In this document: piece after piece, positions 1-11,075 of the stretch
Numbering within the stretch: position 1 is the first letter of the stretch
Layout: every line of letters begins with the position of its first letter
Notes under the pieces: generated by a model
The model's database searches: none
The model's input: only the letters and a program-made list of their open reading frames with translations
Told to the model about the DNA's origin: nothing
Translations under genes and position numbers: made by a program
Assembly (NCBI GenBank): GCA_965262115.1
Contig: OZ253496.1
Span: 2,432,001-2,496,000, forward strand
Direction: 5' to 3'
Length of the DNA stretch: 64,000 bases
DNA from: Nitrospinales bacterium
GTDB taxonomy: Bacteria; Nitrospinota; Nitrospinia; Nitrospinales; VA-1

Positions 1-263
1 CCGACTTCTTCCCCTTTCATTTTTACGTAGCCGCCAAGGGGAATCCAGGCGAGGAGGTATTCGGTGCCTCCGCGTGTGAAGCTCACAATTTTAGGCCCAA
101 AACCGAGGGAAAACTTTTCCACCACGACGCCCACCTTCCGGGCAACGAGAAAATGCCCAAGTTCATGGACGAAGATGAGAGCGGCCAGGCCACCCAGAAA
201 AGCCAGCATTTTGATCCCGAAACTGAGGATTGCATCTAAAGAAAATATTGAAAGTTCAAACAT
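1..263 (-). CDS. rseP: RIP metalloprotease RseP, N-terminal part (runs off the window)
   Basis: Manual translation of the minus strand gives LIFVHELGHF...VEKFSLGFGP...IPLGGYVKM, the M50 HExxH signature. Start could be 263 or 209. Confidence 0.9.
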   Translation of the reverse strand, partial: MFELSIFSLDAILSFGIKMLAFLGGLAALIFVHELGHFLVARKVGVVVEKFSLGFGPKIVSFTRGGTEYLLAWIPLGGYVKMKGEEV

Positions 264-363
264 GAGATTTAATCCCACCAGTGGGTTTTATTCCCCGTGG
301 CTTGCCACGGCTTTTAAAATAACTCTTCATTTAGGATACCCCGTCTGCTTGCAACGGGGTCGT

Positions 364-1044
364 TCATTGAGTTTGTGTGTAATCCAAAATCTCCACGCCG
401 GGTGGAGTCTTGAGTTGGAATTGTTCCTCCGGGATTTCCCGGTTAACCCGAATACGGGTGAAGCGAATTTCTGTTTTGTTTCCTAATTTATCATACACGG
501 TCGATCCGGTGATTTGGAAGTTTTTCTTATCAGCTTGAAGGACCAGTCTTGCCAGACCCTGCTCCTCGTTTTTTGGGACAAGGGTGACAATAATATTCTG
601 GTTTTCCTCATTCACACTTTCAACAATAAAGGTCTGGGTCAGCTTTCCTTTTCCTGCCAGAAAAAGCGCCGGTGTGTTGGAAGAGTAGATGCTTTCAACC
701 GGTACCTTGGTGGCTTGCTCCTCGTCAGGGACATAAAGCCAAAGGGTTTTCTCATTGCTGATTAGAATTTGTGTATCCGGAGCCCCATAGACCCATCTCA
801 TCTTTCCGGGTTTCTTGATTTGCACCTTGCCTTTGAGGCTTTGGGTCTGGTCCATCATTTTGATGTAAGACTTCTGGGTGAAGTCGGCCTCAAAGGTTAA
901 AACCTTTTCATACTGGTTTTGAATGGCATCCAGCGCTTTCTGTTCGGAGGTCTCCGCAAAGATGATTCCCGGTATTGTCAGGACGGTGATTAAAGCTAAA
1001 AGTTTTTGCAGGAGGTTCAAGGAAGTTTTCTCTCTATTTGTCAT
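364..1044 (-). CDS. lolA: Outer-membrane lipoprotein carrier LolA
   Basis: Signal peptide, ADFTQ, KKPGKMRWVY, LWLYVPDEEQ, terminal F.LKTPPGVEI. Start placed at MTNREK (1044). Confidence 0.85.
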   Translation of the reverse strand: MTNREKTSLNLLQKLLALITVLTIPGIIFAETSEQKALDAIQNQYEKVLTFEADFTQKSYIKMMDQTQSLKGKVQIKKPGKMRWVYGAPDTQILISNEKTLWLYVPDEEQATKVPVESIYSSNTPALFLAGKGKLTQTFIVESVNEENQNIIVTLVPKNEEQGLARLVLQADKKNFQITGSTVYDKLGNKTEIRFTRIRVNREIPEEQFQLKTPPGVEILDYTQTQ

Positions 1045-1651
1045 GCAGGACCCTTCGGCCCGAAAGGGCCAGCCTGCCTTCAAGGATCAGTCGAATGGCT
1101 TCGGGGTAAATGATGTGTTCCTGTTCAAGAATCCTTTCAGAAAGGGAAGCCTCATCGTCATCATCAAAAATGGGAACCACCGCTTGCGAAATGATAGGGC
1201 CGCCATCCACTTCCTCGTTGACATAATGCACCGTGCATCCTGAAAACCGGGCGCCATGCTCCAAGACTCGTTTTTGCACGTTTAATCCGGGAAACGCTGG
1301 AAGCAACGAAGGGTGAATATTGATGATTCGACCTGAAAAAGTTTCGATAAAATGTTTGCCCAGAACCCGCATGTAGCCAGCGAGACAAATTAAATTAACG
1401 GATTTGGATTGGATTTGTTCTACCAGGCCCTGTTCGTAGCTGTTTCGGTCCGGAAAAGATTTAGGGTCCAGAAAAAGTCCGTCAAGACCATGCTTGCGTG
1501 CCCGTTCAAGAGCGTAGGTATCTTTCACATTACTAATCACTATGGCAATTTCGGCCTGCAGGATATTTTTTTCAATACTGTCGATGATGGCCTGCAGGTT
1601 AGAACCTCGTCCTGAAACCAAAACGGCGAGATTAAATTTGTCGGGTGCCAT
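1034..1651 (-). CDS. purN: Phosphoribosylglycinamide formyltransferase
   Basis: VLVSGRGSNLQA, LAGYMR, NIHPSLLP, GCTVHYV.EEVDGGPII motifs. Confidence 0.97.
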   Translation of the reverse strand: MAPDKFNLAVLVSGRGSNLQAIIDSIEKNILQAEIAIVISNVKDTYALERARKHGLDGLFLDPKSFPDRNSYEQGLVEQIQSKSVNLICLAGYMRVLGKHFIETFSGRIINIHPSLLPAFPGLNVQKRVLEHGARFSGCTVHYVNEEVDGGPIISQAVVPIFDDDDEASLSERILEQEHIIYPEAIRLILEGRLALSGRRVLHDK

Positions 1652-1836
1652 TTAAAGGGATTGTAAAGGTTTGTTGGGGACGGGTGCTAATACCCTTGAT
1701 CTTATCATTAAATGGTGTTTTTAATCAATTGCTCAGACGGCTTTCCTTCAGGCATGGAGTAGTTCGGCAGCTTAAACTGGCGGGAGCCAAAGAATAAAGG
1801 AGGTTCGGCGAAAAAGTTTGCCCTCCGGCGGCGGAG

Positions 1837-4044
1837 TCAGTTTTTCTGAAGCAGGTTTTCCTGGATGTTTTGAAGAAGGCCTATATTCTGGGTGTGTCCT
1901 GATCTGTAGGCTTTGACGTGCCCCCGTATGGGTTTTCCCAGCAAATAAAAATCCCCGAGTATATCCAGAATTTTATGCCGGGGGAACTCATCTTTAAAGC
2001 GGAGTTTGGTGTTCAAGACTTTTTTGTCGCCAAGCAATATAAAGTTGTCAAGCTTGCCTCCAGACGCATAACCCATTTTGGTCAATTGCGCCACCTCTTC
2101 CATGAAACCGAAGGTTCTTGCCGGGGCAATTTCCTTTTTAAAACTTTCACCTCCTTTGAACTCATAAGTGTAGTCCTGAATGCCAATCGGTTCTGGATAT
2201 TCCATGTGGTAACTGACGCTAAAGCTATCGCTGGGTTCGATGGAAATATACGGCTCACCTTGCTCCTTGTTGCCAAAAGTGTAGTTTTTATCGATCACGA
2301 TTTCTTCATAAAAATCATCTTGGTCTTCGAACTCTCCATCCTCTATCAGGTCACAAAAATCTTTTGCGGAACCATCCATCACCGGTGCTTCATCGCCGAT
2401 TTTAATGAGCAGGTTGGTGATCCTGTACATGTGAAGAGCCGCCATAATATGTTCAATGGTTCCGACCGAGACCCTGTCTTTACGTAAGCGGGTGGCATAA
2501 TCTGTGGACTGGACATTTTCCAGCCGGGCGGAAATAGTTTTGCCGGTGGAAATATCCCCAAATATGATTCCGCTTCCCGGAGGCATGGGTTGCAGAATCA
2601 ATCCTGTTTTGATACCCGAATGCAAACCGCTTCCGCACAACACCACACTGCGCTTGAGGGTGCGCTGTTGGTGGCGGTATCCATTATTGATTTCTTCTGG
2701 GTCTGGTATTTCAATGGAGTGGAGCGCAATTTTTTCTTTAAGTTGTTTTTTTTCTGTGTTCAGAGATTTGCAGGTTTTTTCGATGTCCCAGTTGTTGCGC
2801 TTAAGGTGGTGAATGATGAAATGCTTTTCCCAAATCAGTTCTGCTTCCTGAAGAGACCCGGCCTGATCAATATCGTTGATTTCTATTTTGGGTTGCCAGA
2901 TTTCCGAAGGCAGACCCTGGGCGGTTATTTTTTTCTGGTTAGCGCCGGTAAGAATCAATTTATTCAGCACAGATTTCAACTCTTTCACATTTTCGGGCCA
3001 AGTATAACGGCATAGAGCGGCCAGGGCGTCTTCACCTATTTCGGGGACGGACGTGTTCGGTGTTTGCCGGATTTCATCCAGATAATCTTTTGCCATAGCG
3101 GGGATACTCACGGCATAGTTGCGCAAAGGCGGAACAAATAAAGTGGAGTCTTTGAACGCGTCCAGTAATGCAGGATGAAACTGGCCTTTTGCGGACAGGG
3201 CTGCCAAATCTTGAGCGGATGACGCAAAAATCCGGATGGGTATCAATCCTAAATGGGAGTCAGCCGATTGCGAACCGTTAGAATGCAGGGCTTCCGCGAG
3301 TTTTTCCTGCAGGCCTTTGCTCAATGATTCAATATTGCTGAGATAGATTACTTTTTCCTCGCCAGCCTGGTTGGAAGCACGGGTATTTTTTCGGGGTCGC
3401 TTAAAAAGTTGGGAGTGAATGGCCCGTGCCTGGCGAAACGAGCAATTTATTTTAACGAAGGAACGGTCGCTTTTACTGCTCTGCCCATGGATGGCATGGG
3501 CGATGAACTCTTTACCGGTTCCATTTTCGCCACGCACTAAAACCGGTTTCATATGCCGCGAAAACTCTTTCACCGCCTTTTTCACTTCCACCATGGATTC
3601 AAAACAAAGAGGGAGTTCCCCCCTGTAGGAAGGCGTCAGTTTTTCCTCAGCCTTGAATTTAGAGCGTTTGTTGCCCAACACTTCTGCAATCGATTGGGTG
3701 ATCCGGTCCAGGGAAAAAGGTTTTTCTATAAAGTCCTGAGCCCCCAGTTTGGTTGCCTTGACCGCCGTGTCAATGGTTCCGTGGCCGGACATAATCAAGA
3801 CTTCAATTTCAGGATTATAAGATTTTACCGTTTTTAAAACCTCAATTCCGTCCATTCCCGGTAGCCAGATATCCAGTAAAACCAGGTCGGGGGGGTCTTT
3901 TTGGATAATTTCCAATGCTTCAAGGCCATCCCCTGTCTCAGCGACTTCATAACCTTCATCAGCGAGTATTCCAGTCAAGGAACTGACAATATTTTTTTCG
4001 TCATCGACGATGAGAATACGTGCTTTAGGCAAAAGGGTCACCAT
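1837..4044 (-). CDS. lpxC: Fusion: NtrX-like receiver + degenerate sigma-54 AAA + Fis-like HTH + UDP-3-O-acyl-GlcNAc deacetylase LpxC
   Basis: N-terminal REC (ILIVDDE, LLDIWLPGMDG, KPFS), Walker A GENGTGKE, YTWPENVKEL. C-terminal QRTLK..GSGLHSG, TIEHIMAAL, PVMDGSA, ARTFGF, RHKILDILGD. Confidence 0.92.
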   Translation of the reverse strand: MVTLLPKARILIVDDEKNIVSSLTGILADEGYEVAETGDGLEALEIIQKDPPDLVLLDIWLPGMDGIEVLKTVKSYNPEIEVLIMSGHGTIDTAVKATKLGAQDFIEKPFSLDRITQSIAEVLGNKRSKFKAEEKLTPSYRGELPLCFESMVEVKKAVKEFSRHMKPVLVRGENGTGKEFIAHAIHGQSSKSDRSFVKINCSFRQARAIHSQLFKRPRKNTRASNQAGEEKVIYLSNIESLSKGLQEKLAEALHSNGSQSADSHLGLIPIRIFASSAQDLAALSAKGQFHPALLDAFKDSTLFVPPLRNYAVSIPAMAKDYLDEIRQTPNTSVPEIGEDALAALCRYTWPENVKELKSVLNKLILTGANQKKITAQGLPSEIWQPKIEINDIDQAGSLQEAELIWEKHFIIHHLKRNNWDIEKTCKSLNTEKKQLKEKIALHSIEIPDPEEINNGYRHQQRTLKRSVVLCGSGLHSGIKTGLILQPMPPGSGIIFGDISTGKTISARLENVQSTDYATRLRKDRVSVGTIEHIMAALHMYRITNLLIKIGDEAPVMDGSAKDFCDLIEDGEFEDQDDFYEEIVIDKNYTFGNKEQGEPYISIEPSDSFSVSYHMEYPEPIGIQDYTYEFKGGESFKKEIAPARTFGFMEEVAQLTKMGYASGGKLDNFILLGDKKVLNTKLRFKDEFPRHKILDILGDFYLLGKPIRGHVKAYRSGHTQNIGLLQNIQENLLQKN

Positions 4045-4058
4045 TCGTGATGCAGGTC

Positions 4059-4703
4059 TCAGGTCGCGGGTGTGGCAATGCCTGGCCGTGAATATTCGAG
4101 GTAATAAATTTTATGACCCGCATTGATAAAGTTTTTTTCATATTTGGTTTTGGGCAAGTCTGCGCGGCTCTCAAGAAAGCCTGACCCCGGGCCCTGATTT
4201 TGAAACTGGGGTTCAGAGTTAAAGGTTTCCAGCATTTCAATGGCGTAGGGTTCGCTATCGGTCGCCAGGTAAACTTGCCCCTCGGGAGCTAATTTTTGCC
4301 CAATTAGTTTAACAAAATCGGGCTTGATCAACCTTCTTTTAATATGCCTTTTTTTTGGCCAGGGGTCGGGGAAGTTGATATACGCGGTTTCCAACTCCCC
4401 ATTCTTGAACAAGTGAGGAATTTTAAAACGCACATCTCCATAGGCTACCCGGATATTTTCCAACTGCAGTTTTTTTATCCGCGTCATTAATTTCCGAATT
4501 CCTTTATGGTAGAAATCCATGCCGATGAAATTGGTCCGGGGTTCCTGGGCGGCCATTTCAATAAGGAAATTTCCCATTCCAAAGCCGATCTCCAGTTTTA
4601 GTGGTTGACAGTTCCCGAATTGGGCTTGCCAATTGGGCCACTCCTCAATATCAAGGAAATAAGAATCTTCTTCTTTAATTTTAGCAAAAGATATAAGGGC
4701 CAT
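4059..4703 (-). CDS. trmB: tRNA (guanine-N7)-methyltransferase
   Basis: LEIGFGMG, FPDPWPKKRHIKRR, ATD, TKYE motifs. Confidence 0.95.
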   Translation of the reverse strand: MALISFAKIKEEDSYFLDIEEWPNWQAQFGNCQPLKLEIGFGMGNFLIEMAAQEPRTNFIGMDFYHKGIRKLMTRIKKLQLENIRVAYGDVRFKIPHLFKNGELETAYINFPDPWPKKRHIKRRLIKPDFVKLIGQKLAPEGQVYLATDSEPYAIEMLETFNSEPQFQNQGPGSGFLESRADLPKTKYEKNFINAGHKIYYLEYSRPGIATPAT

Positions 4704-5194
4704 TAAGTAGATGAAGAGTCGCCAGGGTTGTCATGAATGGTGATCACTTCTAATACTTCAAATTCCATTTTACCGTCAGGCAGTGAAACGCTGATTTCAT
4801 CGCCTTCCTGTTTACCGACCATGGCTCTCCCCACTGGTGAGGCTGTGGAAATTTTCCCCTCATCAGGGTTGACTTCCTCCGGGAAAACCAAATGGTACTG
4901 GGTCTCTTTACCGCTATCCATATCTTTCAATTTCAAAGTGCTTCCAAGGCCGGAACGGTCTTTCGGAATCTGGTTGACGTTGATGGCCATGATGTCACTG
5001 ATGCGTTTTTGTAAAAGGGAAATGCGGGATTCCAAAAACATCTGTCGTTCCTTCGCCGCTTTAAATTCCGCATTTTCGCTCAGGTCTCCGTGTTCCCGAG
5101 CTGTTAAAATGGCTTTGGGAATGTCCACCTGAAGTTCTCTTTGTGATTCTTCTAAATCCTTGTCCAACTTGTCCAAAATGGGAAGCCGCTTCAT
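4703..5194 (-). CDS. greA: Transcription elongation factor GreA
   Basis: AREHGDLSENAEF, ISTASPVGRAMVGK. Confidence 0.92.
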   Translation of the reverse strand: MKRLPILDKLDKDLEESQRELQVDIPKAILTAREHGDLSENAEFKAAKERQMFLESRISLLQKRISDIMAINVNQIPKDRSGLGSTLKLKDMDSGKETQYHLVFPEEVNPDEGKISTASPVGRAMVGKQEGDEISVSLPDGKMEFEVLEVITIHDNPGDSSST

Positions 5195-5823
5195 GGCGAA
5201 TTCATCTCCCTGATTTAAAAAAATGGTTAAATTCGGTTTATGGTCTGGGCAAATGGAGGATGATGTCCATCGACCTGCATTTTTAAGAGCTAAAACCAGA
5301 AGTCATGCATGGCCAGGGTTGGCTTATCTGTAAATCGGGGAAACCAGTTGAGAATTTCCAAAGGGTTTAAATGTTATGCCTTACACGTTCTCTGGTGCGC
5401 CATTGTAGGGGGTGAGTCACTTCCGGGTCAACAAAAATTTGCGACACATAAGTCCCGGCTGGGTCAAACTCCAGATGCCGCAAGAAGGCTATAAAGGCTT
5501 GAAGAATAAGGAATAAGTGGATAACGCTTGACATTGGTCAAATCAGGCAATTTAGCGTTGCGGGCCTAGTGTGACGAGGGTTCCAAAAACAACGGGGTAA
5601 TGTTAGATAAGCAACTATTTACATTTCTTTTGGGAATGTTATATTAAGGCTAAACTTAAGGCTCTCAAAAAACTAATTATTGGGTTGATACTTAATTTTA
5701 TGGACATTTTCCGTCAGACGGAAAAATGTCTCAAACTCGCCGCTCCCAGGAACGATCTGAAAATGTCCCTGTCCTACGAAGGCTTTTCGCCAGACCTCCT
5801 TAAAGACGGGTCACCAAACCGGC

Positions 5824-8800
5824 ATGGCGGATCCTGAAAAGTTCCGGTTTTCCATTGACCGGGGTGGAACGTTTACGGATATTTACGCCGAAACTCCTAA
5901 AGGCCCGAGAGTACTCAAACTCCTTTCAGAAAATCCGGACCATTATTCCGATGCGCCGCTTGAAGGCATTCAAAGAATCCTGCGTGAAGTGAAGGGAACC
6001 GGAGAGATCGACCGCGGTTGCATTGAGTGGGTTCGTATGGGGACCACTATTGCCACCAATGCGCTTCTGGAAAGGAAGGGCGCCCGTACCGCCCTCATCA
6101 TCACAAAGGGATTTGGCGATTTACTGCGCATCGGAAAACAAAACCGGTCGCATATTTTTGATCTGAAAATCACTAAGACCCAGCCGCTTTATGAAACGGT
6201 GGTGGAAATTGATGAGCGTGTCCACCCGGTTCAACAGCCTGCGAACTCTCAACAATCCGGGGTGGAAATATTGCGATCCCCGAATCGAGAAACTGTACGC
6301 CGACAACTTCAGGGCTTGCGCCAGCAGGGCATTGAAAGCCTTGCCATTGCCCTCATGCATGCTTGTATTTCCCCAGATCACGAACAATGGGTTGCTGAAG
6401 AAGCTGTAAAAATCGGGTTTCAAAATATTTCCCTTTCCAGCGCGGTCATGCCCAGGTCCAGGCTGGTGGACCGGGGCCACACCACCTGCCTCGATGCTTC
6501 CCTGAACCCGCATATCCAAAATTATTTGAAAAAATTTCGTGCCGGACTGGGTGAATGCGACCTGTTCCTTCTGCAATCAGATGGGGGACTTGTGGATGCC
6601 GACTCTTTTACCGGGAGCCGCGCCATTCTTTCCGGTCCGGCGGGCGGAGTGGTTGGCTATGCCCGGACAACGAAAAATGTGCCGGTGATCGGGTTTGATA
6701 TGGGCGGCACCTCCACCGATGTGTCCCGGTTTGACGGCAACTATGAATGGCAGTTTGAAAGCGAGGCGCAAGGCATTCCCAACCTTGTCCCTCAATTAAA
6801 CATCCATACCGTGGCGGCGGGAGGTGGCTCCAGATTGCTGTTTGAAAACGGCATGTTTCAGGTCGGCCCGTCGTCTTCGGGGTCTTGGCCCGGTCCCGCC
6901 TGTTATAGAAATGGAGGTCCGCTCTCTCTGACCGATGCCAACCTGGTTTTAGGAAGGCTCGTGCCAGAACATTTTCCCAGTGTGTTTGGAAAAAATGAAG
7001 ACCAGCCTTTATCGATCCCTGCGTCCAGAAAAGTTTTTGAGGAATTAATGGAGCGCATTCATTTCTTAACTGGCAAGAAACGATCAATGGAAGAAGCCGC
7101 CTATGGCTTTATAGAAGTTGCCAACGAAAACATGGCCCGGGCCATTCATGAAATCACTGTCTCACGGGGACACGATGTCCGCGATCATGTCCTATCTTGC
7201 TTTGGAGGAGCCGGAGGCCAGCATGCCTGCGCCATTGCCCGGACTCTCGGCATCTCCCGGATTTTCATCAGCCGTTTTGCCGGGGTACTCTCGGCTTATG
7301 GAATGGGACTGGCCGATGTCACCGTTGATAAAGAGGAACCGGTAATCCACGAAACCCAGGCCGGGTTGGAGCAAAAGCTCCAGGCTCTGGCAGATAAAGC
7401 GGTCGCCGAGCTCAAGCAGAAAGGGAGTTTTTCCATCAACGTCCAACGCTATTTGAACATGCGTTATGAAGGTTCTGATACGACCTTGATGGTGAGGGAG
7501 TCGAACGAGGAAAACTTTGCCGAATCGTTCAGCAAAATGCACCAGCAGGAGTTTGGTTTTAATCCATCGAATCGCAAAATCCGGGTGGAGGCGATCCGGG
7601 TCCGGGTGGAGGGGGAATCTCCGCCACCTGTCCAAACGCCACTTGCCAGAAAACCGGGCCGGCTGAATCCCATCATGCAAAAGGACTGCTACTTCGCCGA
7701 TGGCTGGCAGGAGACCCCCGTCCACGCTTTGGATTCGATCGGTGCGGGTCAATCGCTGGAAGGTCCGGCGATTCTCATTCAAGACACTTCAACCATTCTG
7801 ATAGAGCCTTCCTGTAAAGCTACCGTTACCAATTATGGCGATGTCGAAATAGAAGTGCAATTTCAGTCGGCACGTACGGTTGGGACGGAACTCGATGCGG
7901 TGCAATTGTCGCTGTTTGGGTCGCGGTTCATGTCCATTGCCGAGCAAATGGGCCGTGTCCTGCAGCGCACCGCTGTTTCCACAAACATTAAAGAACGATT
8001 GGATTTCTCCTGCGCCATCTTCGGTCCGGAGGGAGACCTTGTGGCCAACGCCCCGCACCAGCCGGTTCATCTTGGTTCGATGGGTGAAGCGGTTCGACAT
8101 CAGATCAGGTTAAACGGTCCTCCGATTACCGAGGGCGAAGTCTGGGTCACCAACCATCCTGCGACAGGAGGAAGCCACCTGCCGGATATCACGGTCATCA
8201 CTCCGGTTGTGAAAGAGGGAAAGCTGATCTTTTTTGTCGCCAGCCGTGGCCACCACGCCGATATCGGTGGCAGTACTCCCGGCTCCATGCCGCCATTTTC
8301 GAGGTCGCTGGATGAGGAGGGTGCCAGCATTAAAAGCTTCAAGCTGGTGGCGAACGGAGAGTTCCAGGAAAAAGGAATCACCGAGATATTGACCAGGGCG
8401 GGAACCCGGGCTCTGGCCGATAACCTGTCGGATCTGAAAGCACAGGTGTCCGCCAACCGACAAGGCATCACCCTTTTGAACGAATTGGTGCAAACACATT
8501 CACTAAAAGTAGTGCAGGCTTATATGGAGCACCTGCGCGACAACGCCGGGCAATCGGTGCGCGCTCTTTTAAAAAAGCTCGCCGGAAAAAACGAAAAACA
8601 CGTTCGCCTGCAGGCGGAAGATTTTATGGATGAAGGAAGCCGCATTGCTTTAACCATTAACATTGACACCGTTGTCGGGTCGGCGTGCTTTGATTTTACC
8701 GGTACTTCAAAAGAACTGCCGAATAATTTAAACACCCCGCGCGCGGTGACGCTGTCCGCCATTCTCTATTGCCTGCGTTGCCTGATCGACAGCGACATTC

Positions 8801-9432
8801 CTTTAAACCAGGGTTGTCTCGAACCCATTGAAGTGTTGATTCCATCGGATTCTCTGTTGGCGCCTTCCGACAAAGCGGCGGTGGCGGCGGGTAATGTATT
8901 AACATCCCAACGTATTACTGATGTCATTTTTAAAGCCTTCAAGGCTTGCGCCGCTTCACAAGGGTGCATGAATAACCTCACCTTTGGCAACGACCAGTTC
9001 GCCTACTACGAAACCATAGCAGGCGGCGCGGGTGCGGGACCGGGCTGGCACGGGCAGTCTGCCGTGCACACGCATATGACCAATACCCGCATCACCGATC
9101 CGGAAGTGCTGGAACAACGTTACCCAGTTCTCCTGCGCGAGTTTTCCATCCGCAAAGGCTCGGGAGGACGAGGAAAGTTCAACGGCGGTGATGGAGTGAT
9201 CCGCGAAATCGAGTTTCTCGTTCCACTGAAAGTGGCTGTGCTCTCAGAGCGCAGGGTCTACGCTCCCTATGGACTGGACGGTGGAGAACCTGGAGCAAAG
9301 GGCAAAAACCTGCTGATCAAAAAGGATGGTTCCATCCACAATGTAGGGGGCAAATGCCAACTCGATGTCCAACCCGGTGACCGATTGCGCATCCTCACCC
9401 CTGGCGGCGGTGCTTGGCGCACGGCCGGCTAG
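5824..9432 (+). CDS. 5-oxoprolinase (fused hydantoinase A/B, ATP-hydrolysing)
   Basis: [55 protein letters not shown] in one 1202-aa chain. Confidence 0.92.
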   Translation: MADPEKFRFSIDRGGTFTDIYAETPKGPRVLKLLSENPDHYSDAPLEGIQRILREVKGTGEIDRGCIEWVRMGTTIATNALLERKGARTALIITKGFGDLLRIGKQNRSHIFDLKITKTQPLYETVVEIDERVHPVQQPANSQQSGVEILRSPNRETVRRQLQGLRQQGIESLAIALMHACISPDHEQWVAEEAVKIGFQNISLSSAVMPRSRLVDRGHTTCLDASLNPHIQNYLKKFRAGLGECDLFLLQSDGGLVDADSFTGSRAILSGPAGGVVGYARTTKNVPVIGFDMGGTSTDVSRFDGNYEWQFESEAQGIPNLVPQLNIHTVAAGGGSRLLFENGMFQVGPSSSGSWPGPACYRNGGPLSLTDANLVLGRLVPEHFPSVFGKNEDQPLSIPASRKVFEELMERIHFLTGKKRSMEEAAYGFIEVANENMARAIHEITVSRGHDVRDHVLSCFGGAGGQHACAIARTLGISRIFISRFAGVLSAYGMGLADVTVDKEEPVIHETQAGLEQKLQALADKAVAELKQKGSFSINVQRYLNMRYEGSDTTLMVRESNEENFAESFSKMHQQEFGFNPSNRKIRVEAIRVRVEGESPPPVQTPLARKPGRLNPIMQKDCYFADGWQETPVHALDSIGAGQSLEGPAILIQDTSTILIEPSCKATVTNYGDVEIEVQFQSARTVGTELDAVQLSLFGSRFMSIAEQMGRVLQRTAVSTNIKERLDFSCAIFGPEGDLVANAPHQPVHLGSMGEAVRHQIRLNGPPITEGEVWVTNHPATGGSHLPDITVITPVVKEGKLIFFVASRGHHADIGGSTPGSMPPFSRSLDEEGASIKSFKLVANGEFQEKGITEILTRAGTRALADNLSDLKAQVSANRQGITLLNELVQTHSLKVVQAYMEHLRDNAGQSVRALLKKLAGKNEKHVRLQAEDFMDEGSRIALTINIDTVVGSACFDFTGTSKELPNNLNTPRAVTLSAILYCLRCLIDSDIPLNQGCLEPIEVLIPSDSLLAPSDKAAVAAGNVLTSQRITDVIFKAFKACAASQGCMNNLTFGNDQFAYYETIAGGAGAGPGWHGQSAVHTHMTNTRITDPEVLEQRYPVLLREFSIRKGSGGRGKFNGGDGVIREIEFLVPLKVAVLSERRVYAPYGLDGGEPGAKGKNLLIKKDGSIHNVGGKCQLDVQPGDRLRILTPGGGAWRTAG

Positions 9433-9436
9433 CTCT

Positions 9437-10153
9437 TTACTTTTTGTTCTTCTGTTTCCAAAGGATGAGCCAGTGTTGCAGGAGTTTGATCGGTTGTGTG
9501 CCGCGAAATTTTCGGCGTTTGATTTTCGGGGTCTGGTCGTGTTGTAATTTTGCAATGACTGTGGCGCCGACCGCTTCTTCCAGCACCACACCGCGTTGAG
9601 CGTGTTCGAGTTTTTTTGATTCGCAGACGCCGCGAAACGCCACCACCATGCGGCAGTCCAGAGGTCGGTCTTCATACACTTCGCAGGCACCTTCTTCACT
9701 GAGAAACGGGCAGGGTTGATTGATGACCAGTCTATGCCAGTCCACCTGATCGATATTTTTCCCGGATTTAAGAACTTCGTCCACTTTGTTGATGGTTCGC
9801 TGCGAACGTTCGAGCACGGCGTTGAGGTCAACCCCGTTTTCCTCGGCGTTTTTCAGGATGCCGTCCCATTCCAACTGGGTGCAGGAAACTCCGGTATGAC
9901 AACAGTGGGAACATCCGCGATGACATTGCAGGGGTGGCACGCCTTCGTTGAAAACTTTTTTCAGGTGTTGCCAGAACACCCGAAGCGGCGATATTTTTTC
10001 GTCGTGGGCTTTCCCTTCAGAAAACTCAACCAGGTAATCGTAAGCTTCCTGGATCTGATGTTCGGAAAACTTATGCTTTAAGAAACCGCTCAGTTCATCG
10101 GTATTGGTCATACCGTAGATGAACATTCCATTTTTATCAGTTTGGAGAGACAC
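9437..10153 (-). CDS. YkgJ-family cysteine cluster (zinc/iron-chelating) protein
   Basis: CHRGCSHCC...CPFL...CEVYEDRPLDCR pattern. Confidence 0.85.
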   Translation of the reverse strand: MSLQTDKNGMFIYGMTNTDELSGFLKHKFSEHQIQEAYDYLVEFSEGKAHDEKISPLRVFWQHLKKVFNEGVPPLQCHRGCSHCCHTGVSCTQLEWDGILKNAEENGVDLNAVLERSQRTINKVDEVLKSGKNIDQVDWHRLVINQPCPFLSEEGACEVYEDRPLDCRMVVAFRGVCESKKLEHAQRGVVLEEAVGATVIAKLQHDQTPKIKRRKFRGTQPIKLLQHWLILWKQKNKK

Positions 10154-10155
10154 AG

Positions 10156-10551
10156 CTAAAGAGGGGGTTTATTTTTTGCTACAAACTTCATCTGCAGTTC
10201 ATAGATGAGTTGTTCCAGCAGTTTGCCTTCTTCTTCGTTAAGGTTGCCCTGGGTTTTCTCTTTCAGCATGATCAGCATGTCAATAGTTTGCTGCACGGCG
10301 GGCAGGTTGGTTTCGGTTTTCCCGGTTTCAGGGTCAGCGATGTCGCCGAGGTGATAAAAGGCCGATGAAGTCAGTGACATGATAAAAGTGGAAAAATCGA
10401 TCTTGAAGGGTTGCTGAGCTTGCCCCTGCGAAGGCTGGCCTTGCTGGGCCTCTGTCTTGGAATCCTGATCTAGCGCTTCGTCTTCGGAAAGTTGTGAAGA
10501 ACGGCTGTCTTTGAATACGAATCCTTCTCCTTCAATTTCTTCATCACTCAT
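10156..10551 (-). CDS. DUF1844-like protein
   Basis: IDFSTFIMSL, LGDIADP, QTIDML..L.EKTQGNL..EE..LL pattern. Confidence 0.75.
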   Translation of the reverse strand: MSDEEIEGEGFVFKDSRSSQLSEDEALDQDSKTEAQQGQPSQGQAQQPFKIDFSTFIMSLTSSAFYHLGDIADPETGKTETNLPAVQQTIDMLIMLKEKTQGNLNEEEGKLLEQLIYELQMKFVAKNKPPL

Positions 10552-10628
10552 GGCACACCTTCAAATTTGAGATTAGCTTCCAATAACCGGTAATTTTATT
10601 AGCTGTCTTCTTCTTCGCCCATCAGCAG

Positions 10629-10874
10629 GAGAGCTTTGCATAACCCGAGATTACCCCATCTACCCGTTCCGGGCATGAATTTAGCGGAGGGGATATCACA
10701 GGCTCATGAAGGTTAAGGAAGAATATCACGTCTTCGTCGCCTTGTTCCTCAGAATGACAAAATGGCCCAGTATTGTCATGCTGAGCTAGTGATATTTAAC
10801 CATTGCTTTCTTGCCCCGGAGGGGTATGTCGAAGCATCTCGCTTTTCTGGTTTTTCGACTTATGCAAAGGTCTC
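10629..10874. mobile_element. MITE copy 1 (246 bp) with GAGA(C/G)CTTTGCATAA terminal inverted repeats and 9-bp target duplication CATCAGCAG
   Basis: TSD at 10620-10628 and 10875-10883. Interior is homologous (inverted) to 38654-38900. Confidence 0.88.
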
Positions 10875-11075
10875 CATCAGCAGGGGAACCGGGAAACCCA
10901 ATACGATCATGATCAATCCCAGCATGAGGGCGAGATAGCCTTTTCCCTCTATAAACTCCATATAGGTTTTTCCTGCCAGCGGCCATTGCAGGACGACCCC
11001 CACCACAACAAATACTGCACCCAGCACGAAAAGAAGTTTTTTCATCCAATTGGCATTTTGCTCATGGGTGTTCAA
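10860..11075 (-). CDS. Small two-TM membrane protein whose C-terminus was replaced by the MITE
   Basis: Two hydrophobic segments. The last four residues ETFA* come from the MITE end. Confidence 0.7.
   Translation of the reverse strand: MNTHEQNANWMKKLLFVLGAVFVVVGVVLQWPLAGKTYMEFIEGKGYLALMLGLIMIVLGFPVPLLMETFA

Noticed and set aside
64..486. Plus-strand ORF 64-486 and the many similar antisense ORFs in the track
   Set aside because: They are shadows of well-supported genes on the opposite strand or frame, here rseP and lolA.
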